DNA from: Planctopirus limnophila DSM 3776
GTDB lineage: Bacteria; Planctomycetota; Planctomycetia; Planctomycetales; Planctomycetaceae
DNA length: 32,000 nt
Assembly: GCF_000092105.1 (NCBI RefSeq)
Contig: NC_014148.1
Coordinates: 2,520,001 to 2,552,000 of the forward strand
Direction: 5' to 3'
Shown: positions 9,750 to 16,365 of the stretch, piece by piece
Position numbering within the stretch: position 1 is the stretch's first letter
Layout: the number at the start of each line of letters is the position of its first letter
Program-made: the position numbers and the translations under genes
The notes under the pieces: model-generated
Told to the model about the DNA's origin: nothing
What the model saw: the letters and a program-made list of their open reading frames with translations, nothing else
The model's database searches: none

Positions 9750-10521
9750 TCTTTCCACTCTTCCTTCTGCTAAAAAAACAGGCCACAGTTCTGCGCGCCT
9801 GCGTATTGCCGAAACCTTTCTTTCGGTGCAGGGGGAGGGTGCGCTGACGGGCGTGAGATCGTTTTTTATCCGCACGACGGGCTGCAACCTGCGCTGCTGG
9901 TTTTGCGATACTCCGTACACCTCGTGGACAGCCGAAGGAAACTGGCAGACCATTGATGAGTTGCTGGCTCAGGCCACTGCCAGTGGAGCGGAGCACGTCA
10001 TTCTGACTGGAGGTGAACCACTCCTTCAGCCCGCGATTGTCGAACTTAGCCACGCGCTGAAGGCTGCCGGGCTCCATATCACTGTAGAAACAGCAGGAAC
10101 GGTCGACCGTCCCGTGATGGCAGACCTGATGTCGATCAGCCCGAAGCTGGCGAATTCGAACCCCACTGCCGCACCCGATTTTCCTGTAAATCCCACTGCG
10201 GTGCGGGGAAGCCAAGGCGCGGTCGCCCGCAGACACTCTGAGCTGCGCTGGAACATCGCCACGCTCACACGTCTGACGACTGACTACCCGTATCAGCTCA
10301 AATTTGTGATCGATACTCCCGCTGATCTCGATGCACTTTCAGAGGCTCTTACTGAGTTGCCGCACGTTCCGCCGGAACATGTCTGGTTGATGCCCCAGGG
10401 GATCACACAGGAAGAACTCGCCTTGCGTGGAGCCTGGCTCAAGCCACTGGCAGAATCGCAAGGCTACAACTTCTGCCCCCGCCTCCACATCGAATGGTTC
10501 GGCCACCGCCGCGGCGTGTGA
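9739..10521 (+). CDS. queE: 7-carboxy-7-deazaguanine synthase (radical SAM)
   Basis: QGEG box LSVQGEG. Radical-SAM cluster motif [18 protein letters not shown] motif present. It overlaps queC by 11 nt, consistent with an operon. Confidence 0.9.
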   Translation: MPTDLSTLPSAKKTGHSSARLRIAETFLSVQGEGALTGVRSFFIRTTGCNLRCWFCDTPYTSWTAEGNWQTIDELLAQATASGAEHVILTGGEPLLQPAIVELSHALKAAGLHITVETAGTVDRPVMADLMSISPKLANSNPTAAPDFPVNPTAVRGSQGAVARRHSELRWNIATLTRLTTDYPYQLKFVIDTPADLDALSEALTELPHVPPEHVWLMPQGITQEELALRGAWLKPLAESQGYNFCPRLHIEWFGHRRGV

Positions 10522-10558
10522 TATTTCTCACTCGGTAGAAAAGTGCTCACGAAATGCG

Positions 10559-10705
10559 TCACGACAAACGAATGACATCATCGAAAAGCCAGAACCCCGA
10601 GCAGATAACACAATTCCAATCGTGGTGGAAAAACTCCTTGGGCTTTTCCACAGCCACCAAGGCAACGAGGGCCGCTGAGAGAGCCACAACGGTCAACCGC
10701 TTCAT
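10559..10705 (-). CDS. possible 48-aa small exported/membrane peptide
   Basis: Not in the supplied track because it is shorter than 60 aa. The minus-strand ATG at 10705 follows AAGAGGAG with a 6-nt spacer. It translates to MKRLTVVALSAALVALVAVEKPKEFFHHDWNCVICSGFWLFDDVIRLS, with a hydrophobic N-terminus and a CxxC. Confidence 0.35.
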   Translation of the reverse strand: MKRLTVVALSAALVALVAVEKPKEFFHHDWNCVICSGFWLFDDVIRLS

Positions 10706-10724
10706 GATTGACTCCTCTTGCTCT

Positions 10725-10814
10725 GCCTAACGATCCGCATCACCGGGCGGCAAGGAAAGGCAGTGCAGTCACAACACGCGCCGCGCGCCGTTCCGGTGCA
10801 TGCGCTAGTTAGGC
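10725..10814 (-). other. GC-rich ~90-nt imperfect inverted repeat / long hairpin element
   Basis: The left arm GCCTAACgatCCGCATCACC (10725-10744) pairs with the right arm GGTGCATGCGctaGTTAGGC (10795-10814). The interior is very GC-rich. The right arm overlaps the stop codon of the upstream minus-strand gene, and the element ends just before the Shine-Dalgarno sequence of the mini-ORF. Confidence 0.45.
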
Positions 10815-11287
10815 GGACTTTTTAGTTTGTAAACACCGGATGGAATCCGCATAACCCAGTCATGGAGACTATTCCAGCGGTAAATAACGATTTCACAGTC
10901 ATTGTTGGCGTAGATCCAACTGACAAAATCAAATATGTCCTGACGTTTAAATTCTGATCTCAAACTGCCGGTAACCGCAACCAACCTTTCATTCCCCCAG
11001 AGGTCGAATGTGTCGGTTAAACTGACAAGCAGATATTCTCTTTCGCACTTTGTCTTTATGCCGAGATAGAAAATGTTTTTCGCTACAAATTCCATTTCCT
11101 CTCGAGAAAACTTTTTTGTGGACTCCATGTCAGAGAAAAATGTGTCGAAGTGTGTCTTTCCTACGTCGGTCCATTCATACCAGATGTCCTGTCTATCCGA
11201 ATCTAACTTCTCGATCCATCCAAGTGCCTTGAGCTTTTCGCCAATTGCCGACATCCGGCCGTAAAATGGATCCACGTTTTTACCCAT
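10805..11287 (-). CDS. hypothetical cytoplasmic protein (AT-rich orphan)
   Basis: Lies in ORF 10805..11380 with a likely ATG at 11287 (MGKNVDPFYG...). There is no signal peptide and no recognisable motif. GC content is markedly lower than in neighbouring core genes. Confidence 0.5.
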   Translation of the reverse strand: MGKNVDPFYGRMSAIGEKLKALGWIEKLDSDRQDIWYEWTDVGKTHFDTFFSDMESTKKFSREEMEFVAKNIFYLGIKTKCEREYLLVSLTDTFDLWGNERLVAVTGSLRSEFKRQDIFDFVSWIYANNDCEIVIYRWNSLHDWVMRIPSGVYKLKSPPN

Positions 11288-11578
11288 GTCTTCGCCGTGG
11301 CCAATGGCCAAAAAAGAAAAGAGATTCGCAGGGTGGCCCAGATTGACTGTACTCAATCTACTTGGGTGGCAACGCCACAAGAGGTTAACGAGACTGAGAT
11401 GAGTTCACCAAAAGTTTTTAATCCCTTGGCCGGGTGATCGAGGCTGAAACTCTGCTTTCTGACGGGATGTTCAAGCCAAAGAAGAGCACTGGCAAAGCTG
11501 CAATTCATGCAACAATCCGCCTCAGATCCCGAGGAACCTGCAGGGCACTTCTTCCAGCAAATAACTCTTATGCCGCTG

Positions 11579-11613
11579 GCACACAGGTAGCTCGATGACG
11601 AGCAACCTGTGCC
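11579..11613 (-). terminator. stem-loop 17 nt downstream of the 11630 stop codon (possible terminator or stabiliser)
   Basis: GGCACACAGGT-a-GCTCG-atga-CGAGC-a-ACCTGTGCC forms a two-tier hairpin with a 2-nt bulge. There is no clear U-tract, so intrinsic-terminator status is uncertain. Confidence 0.35.
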
Positions 11614-11629
11614 ACCATGCGTCTTGGAC

Positions 11630-12241
11630 CTAGCCACCGGCGCTGACCCCAAACGCCCGCAGTACGGCATCGCAATACTCATCGACCCGCAGCTCATACT
11701 CGCAGTCCCGCACCAACTCGTCCACTACGCCTTCTCCCATTCGTCGGGCATGCGGCCACACCCCGAGCAAATCGTCCTGCTCATCGTCGAACGCGACCAG
11801 CCACGCGCCCGCATCCTGCCCGATCTTGGTGAACGCAGCCCGAATGTTGGGCGACGACTCGAATAGGTGGCTCATCCCGGAGGTCGCCGCCGTGCCGCGG
11901 AACAACGCAAAGCGGTCGCCGCACCGCAGCGAACTCCACACGCACCCGATAGCCACGCGGCCGGAGACCGGGTCGGACAGCCGGTCGTTCCCGCCGTGTT
12001 CAGCGATTCGATCGTCCGGTGCGAACAGGAACGACAGGCAAAGGTCATGGGTTTCGTACTGGCCGCGCCGGGCGACTGCCATCAGCCGCTCGGGAGCTTT
12101 GCGGACGGCCGACAACAAGCGGTCGGCATCGTCGGGCACAAGGTGCGAGGCCAGCGATTCGACCAGCCGAATGACGGCTTTCCGTGGGGCGACGATCTCG
12201 TAGCTGTAGTCAATGCCCACCGAAGCGCCCTCTGCGACCAT
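11630..12241 (-). CDS. hypothetical cytoplasmic protein (GC-rich orphan)
   Basis: Lies in ORF 11630..12358 with a likely ATG at 12241 (MVAEGASVGIDYSYE...). No recognisable motif. GC content is very high relative to both flanking genes. Confidence 0.5.
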   Translation of the reverse strand: MVAEGASVGIDYSYEIVAPRKAVIRLVESLASHLVPDDADRLLSAVRKAPERLMAVARRGQYETHDLCLSFLFAPDDRIAEHGGNDRLSDPVSGRVAIGCVWSSLRCGDRFALFRGTAATSGMSHLFESSPNIRAAFTKIGQDAGAWLVAFDDEQDDLLGVWPHARRMGEGVVDELVRDCEYELRVDEYCDAVLRAFGVSAGG

Positions 12242-12402
12242 ACAGGTATTCGACCGCCAAAGTGCGGTAGAATATTGTTTCAGTTTTGCGGTGTGGCATG
12301 GACTTGTCAATTTTGATGTGTCAGTTTTTATAGGGCAGGCTCCCGCCTGCCTGTTCAAACCACATTACACTCACGACGCCCAAATCACCGTCACCCGTCA
12401 CT

Positions 12403-13050
12403 TTACTCCAAACCATTTGGTTGAACCCCCTCACCAGCCAACCCCGCATCCTCCGCCAAAGGGATCACCTTCCAATCCTTCAGGAAGTAGCAATATCCCG
12501 AAGGATGCCAGTGCATATTCACACGGCCACCAATCAACAATCGCTGCCATAACGTCATCTGGCGGGTTCCCCACTTTGGATACCATACACGAAGCAAACG
12601 ACCTTCCAGCCTCAGGCGATCAACTCCCATGTATCCCGCAATTAGCTTGCATTCATTGGTGGAGCCCGCAGGACAAATGAAAGTCCCATCGTTGAGTCGC
12701 AATCGGTATCCGAGCTGCGGATCATCGTCCAACACACCCTGCACAATTACGTTACCACCTTCGCAACCGATAACCATATCACCGCTCTCCGTGCGGGGCA
12801 GGAGAGTTCGATCCAAGCTGGCAGACCCGGTATGCACGAAATTCGCGAATTCATCGGCATGCCCCGAGCAATCCACCGTCCGATACTTCAGCCGCCAGGA
12901 CTCCATCGCCAGACTGCGCTGCCAATTCAGGAACTGAACTTGAACAACGCGCAGAACCAGACAACAGCAGATCGCGACCACCAGTTTGATTACAAGCCTA
13001 CGGCTGACAATGGCCGGCGGGTTTCGTCCTCGCCTCAGAGAGATGAACAT
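12403..13050 (-). CDS. hypothetical N-terminally membrane-anchored protein
   Basis: 215-aa ORF. A basic N-terminus is followed by the hydrophobic helix LVIKLVVAICCCLVLRVVQV. The Cys- and Trp-containing soluble domain has no recognised motif. Confidence 0.55.
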   Translation of the reverse strand: MFISLRRGRNPPAIVSRRLVIKLVVAICCCLVLRVVQVQFLNWQRSLAMESWRLKYRTVDCSGHADEFANFVHTGSASLDRTLLPRTESGDMVIGCEGGNVIVQGVLDDDPQLGYRLRLNDGTFICPAGSTNECKLIAGYMGVDRLRLEGRLLRVWYPKWGTRQMTLWQRLLIGGRVNMHWHPSGYCYFLKDWKVIPLAEDAGLAGEGVQPNGLE

Positions 13051-13134
13051 GGCGAAGCCCCAGGAAATGACATGAGCCGCATAATGAATCTACATAATCG
13101 ATATTTCACAAAACGCAGCTTCGAACAACAAGCA

Positions 13135-13662
13135 CTATGCCTGACAAAGAGAGACTTCTCTGACCTTTTCAGCCAGACGTTCTGTAAACTCGCGAACCGT
13201 TGTGGGACACCAATAAGGATCGTGGCGATTACATCCCGAGGATGAGCCTTCGAAAGCACAATGCAATATCTCTTCCCTTGTTAGCCGCCCCTTCAAATGG
13301 GGTTTTTGAAGTGCAATGCAAAATATCAATGGGGTCAAATCATCAAACGGCCCCCACCACAGGAGGAACAGTGGATCGTCGGGATGCAGATAAGCGGTTT
13401 CGATCCACTTCTCCTCAAAGATCGCCTTCGACAACGCCTTGACGATCTCAATCTCCACCGGATTGTTGGGCCAAGCCGGATGTGGCGCTATACGAGCTTT
13501 CAATTGCTCGACAATTTGAACCAGCAGTCCCTCCAGCAGTGTGTCATGCGGACTCCCCGTGAGAATGCTTCGCAACAATCCACCCAGCAGAGGAATCCGA
13601 TCAAAGCGGTCGCGTTCCCGCCTCGGCGGCGGCCAGGGCGTCGGATACTTCAACGGCTCCAT
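13135..13662 (-). CDS. hypothetical protein
   Basis: Lies in ORF 13135..13755 with a likely ATG at 13662 (MEPLKYPTPWPPPRRERDRF...). No recognisable motif. Confidence 0.45.
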   Translation of the reverse strand: MEPLKYPTPWPPPRRERDRFDRIPLLGGLLRSILTGSPHDTLLEGLLVQIVEQLKARIAPHPAWPNNPVEIEIVKALSKAIFEEKWIETAYLHPDDPLFLLWWGPFDDLTPLIFCIALQKPHLKGRLTREEILHCAFEGSSSGCNRHDPYWCPTTVREFTERLAEKVREVSLCQA

Positions 13663-13819
13663 TGCAATCGCTCCTGATCCTCGCAAGGACTCTACAGCAT
13701 AACATTTTGCAAAAGCCGATATATTTATCTTCTTGAGGTGCTGTTCAAGTTGCAATTTGCATCAGCACCAACGCTCATCAAAGGTGATCATTGCATTAAA
13801 TCATAGCTGTTTGAAGTGG

Positions 13820-15307
13820 CTATTCAGCATCGCGATCTACAAACATCAGAACTGGTGCCCTTAACCCAATCACACTATTCTGTCTCAACACATTCACAAG
13901 CTCATTTTCACTCACATCATCCTGCCGCAGCACACTCAAAGCCGACTTCAGATTCGCTTGTTGCTTTTCATCAATAAACCGGGATCCATTCTTATTCTCA
14001 TTGATCTCGACGGACTTGTTGTTGGGATCAAGGCTCCGCTTCATGACCGCTGAGAGTATTTGACTCTCAACAGAAAACGCCATTACCAAACCACAGTCCC
14101 CTTCAACTTGCGGTACTCTCTCCAGATCAAGCGCCGCGCAGACCATCTTGATTTCCTCTTCACTCATCTCGCCAACAGCGTAAGCCTTGTGAAAATACAG
14201 CTTCATGACAGCATGATCGACTAAGTAGTCTGGGCTCATGGGCGAAACATCAGAACCCTTAAGAACTTTATAGGCCTCAAAGTATTTCTCTTTCTTGATT
14301 AGAATCTTCACAACGAGCGCATCATACTCAAATAGGCAAGCAGAACGATCCACTTGTGACACAATCGCCTCAGCTTCTTTCAATCGGCCATTGTGGACAT
14401 GATGAGCTGCCAACAAAAGGCTGATGCGTGGGTGCGTTTTTTCATCCTGATCCAAGGTTTCCAAAAAAAGTTCCGCTTCTCTGTACCTCCCGGACTCAAT
14501 CAAAGTTCTGTGAAGCATGTAATTTGTCGCAAAGCTTTTATGCCCATCGTGTCGCGAGCTTTTTAGACAGAGCTCTGCTTCCTTGAAGCGTCCACATTCA
14601 CCCAGCAAGACGCCACGCAATCCTAAAAGTTGGGTGTAAGCGTTCCGGTGGACACCAGAGCCATTCACAAGCGATCGCTCGGTGACTTCAATGGCCTTAA
14701 TTGGCTTCATATTCTCATTCAAAGCCGATGCAAGAGTCAGACACGACTCCTGATCATACGGATTGGCTTCTAGCACCTTTGAAGCTGAATGAGCGGCGAT
14801 TGTTGCATCTCCATTCTGATAGGCAATTATTGCCAGGCTCTTGGCAACATCGACTGATTCAGGATGTGACCGTCGTAATGCTTTGACTTTCGCATATGCG
14901 GCGTTTCGATCTTTGTTGCCAAACCACATGGCTTCGCACCACATGCCGGCCAATCCGGGATGTTCCGGATAGAGACTGGATGCCATTTCAAGCGTTTCAA
15001 TTGTACGAACCAGTTCTCGCTTTGCCCGAAGCAAAATCGATTTCTTTCTCAGAAATTCTGGATGACGAGGATCCTTGGTTTTCTCCAGCAATTTGGCCCC
15101 GATTTCGGTGAACTCCAGGAATTCATCAAGCGAGTAAAGTGGCATCGACACACCGTCCCATGCGTCGACGAGTGTTATTGCGTCATCGCTGCTGACCACA
15201 CGATCATCGGCACTATCACATACCGCAGGCACCAAGCATAAGACCAGTAGAACAATCAAGGCTTTGCACAGTGCCGAATCTCTAAACTGAAGCGACGTTT
15301 TTTTCAT
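13820..15307 (-). CDS. secreted TPR-like repeat protein
   Basis: Lies in ORF 13820..15436. The ATG at 15307 gives MKKTSLQFRDSALCKALIVLLVLCLVPAVCDSA, a signal peptide. Helical-hairpin turns recur: CGRFKEAELCL, SGRYREAELFL, NGRLKEAEAIV and KEKYFEAYKVL. Confidence 0.7.
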   Translation of the reverse strand: MKKTSLQFRDSALCKALIVLLVLCLVPAVCDSADDRVVSSDDAITLVDAWDGVSMPLYSLDEFLEFTEIGAKLLEKTKDPRHPEFLRKKSILLRAKRELVRTIETLEMASSLYPEHPGLAGMWCEAMWFGNKDRNAAYAKVKALRRSHPESVDVAKSLAIIAYQNGDATIAAHSASKVLEANPYDQESCLTLASALNENMKPIKAIEVTERSLVNGSGVHRNAYTQLLGLRGVLLGECGRFKEAELCLKSSRHDGHKSFATNYMLHRTLIESGRYREAELFLETLDQDEKTHPRISLLLAAHHVHNGRLKEAEAIVSQVDRSACLFEYDALVVKILIKKEKYFEAYKVLKGSDVSPMSPDYLVDHAVMKLYFHKAYAVGEMSEEEIKMVCAALDLERVPQVEGDCGLVMAFSVESQILSAVMKRSLDPNNKSVEINENKNGSRFIDEKQQANLKSALSVLRQDDVSENELVNVLRQNSVIGLRAPVLMFVDRDAE

Positions 15308-15541
15308 TTTCGTGTGTCCACGGAACCAGAATCTAATGACAGATCGCATCGCCTCTCTGGCCATTGCCGAGTTGGAAATATGAGGCGGTTCTTCTTTGGT
15401 GATCTCGGCGGCGGCCAAGGCGTCGGAGATTTCCACGCCTCCATTGTCACCACCGCCGCTTCAACCACGAATCTCCCACCCCATCCGCTTTCCCACCGGC
15501 AAATAAGCCTCTTCGGCCACCTAACTGTACCTGAACACTAA

Positions 15542-15609
15542 CCAACTCCCAACTCCCAACTCCCAACTCCCAACTCCCAACTCCCAACTCCCAACCCCCA
15601 ACCCCCAAC
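15542..15609. repeat. heptanucleotide tandem repeat (CCAACTC)x7 + (CCAACCC)x2 + partial unit; the minus strand is G3-5 tracts with 2-4 nt loops
   Basis: Read directly from the sequence. There are seven perfect CCAACTC units at 15542-15590, then CCAACCC at 15591-15597 and 15598-15604, then CCAAC. The repeat lies in the 422-nt divergent intergenic region between gene starts at 15307 (-) and 15730 (+). Confidence 0.97.
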
Positions 15610-15729
15610 ATTCCATCAATTTCTGAATTGTCGTATTGTCCGATTCCCGAATTCCCGATAACTTCATCAACACAGTCGATTCGGAAACTGCTCTTCCGCC
15701 GTCGGCTTTGTTCAAGGGAGGCAGCCAAC

Positions 15730-16218
15730 ATGCGGAATTCGAGTTCACTCTTCACGAGTTGTTTACTCCTTTTGCTCGCTGCTCCCTGGATACACCCGCA
15801 GATCCAGCAACTCGCAGCCTTCTGGAGCACTGCGGACGATTCTGCGAATTACCTTTTCATCCGGCCTGAGCCTGCTCCCGAGAATCCTGCCCTCTTCCAG
15901 CTCTTCGCGACTTCATCTCTCATTGCCTCCGCCTCGAATACCTATGGCCGGGAACCTGCCGAGCTGGTGCATGATCATCAGCAGGGGAAGGTTCGTTTTG
16001 AACTCTGGGGGTTTGATCCGGCGACTCAAACGACTCGTCAAGTTCGGGCCATTGTTCAATCACAGGACGTCTCTTTGTGCCTGAGCCCCCTCGAGGTACT
16101 GCCTGATGATGTTCAATACGAAGCCAGACTATTCTGGAGCAAACTGGTGGATGGGCAGATGTCTGTCCCTCTTCAGTTCGATTTTCCTTGTTTTGCGCCC
16201 CATGAGCTGCGATTCTAA
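15730..16218 (+). CDS. hypothetical secreted protein
   Basis: Lies in ORF 15628..16218 (the track start is TTG). The ATG at 15730 follows GGGAGG with a 7-nt spacer. The signal peptide is [24 protein letters not shown]. Confidence 0.6.
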   Translation: MRNSSSLFTSCLLLLLAAPWIHPQIQQLAAFWSTADDSANYLFIRPEPAPENPALFQLFATSSLIASASNTYGREPAELVHDHQQGKVRFELWGFDPATQTTRQVRAIVQSQDVSLCLSPLEVLPDDVQYEARLFWSKLVDGQMSVPLQFDFPCFAPHELRF

Positions 16219-16365
16219 CGAGACTTCAGCAGCCAATTGATCGGGATAGCCCGTGGCCTCCCGATTGTGCCGGGAAAATGGTAAGTTCTTTGTCTGGGTT
16301 CTTCGTACTTGATGCCGCAAGACATCTCGCCTCGACAACGACTTTCCAGACCGGGCCAGATTCGC

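Noticed and set aside
10427-10678. 83-aa plus-strand ORF spanning the queE 3' end and the mini-ORF region
   Set aside because: It overlaps queE out of frame and is antisense to the SD-preceded mini-ORF. It has no start context.
11353-11697. 114-aa Cys-rich minus-strand ORF in the gap between two orphan genes
   Set aside because: It overlaps the 3' end of the upstream gene and the 5' extension of the downstream ORF, and no Shine-Dalgarno sequence is seen. The composition is odd. I cannot exclude a shorter real peptide, but support is too weak to call.
9015-15307. Idea that queC/queE plus the orphan genes form a Dpd-like 7-deazaguanine DNA-modification/restriction island
   Set aside because: No TGT/DpdA-like, helicase, ATPase or nuclease motifs are visible in any orphan. 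The orphans are on the opposite strand, and two are exported or membrane proteins.
10559-15730. Calling the block a bona fide mobile genomic island or prophage remnant
   Set aside because: I could find no integrase, recombinase, transposase, phage structural genes, tRNA target or flanking direct repeats. Only compositional mosaicism supports horizontal origin.
15447-15830. Minus-strand ORFs (127 aa and 75 aa) that translate the heptamer repeat as [14 protein letters not shown]...
   Set aside because: A 7-nt unit cycles through all three frames, so the peptide periodicity is an artefact. There is no plausible start or RBS, and the flanks look non-coding. I treat it as a DNA-level repeat.
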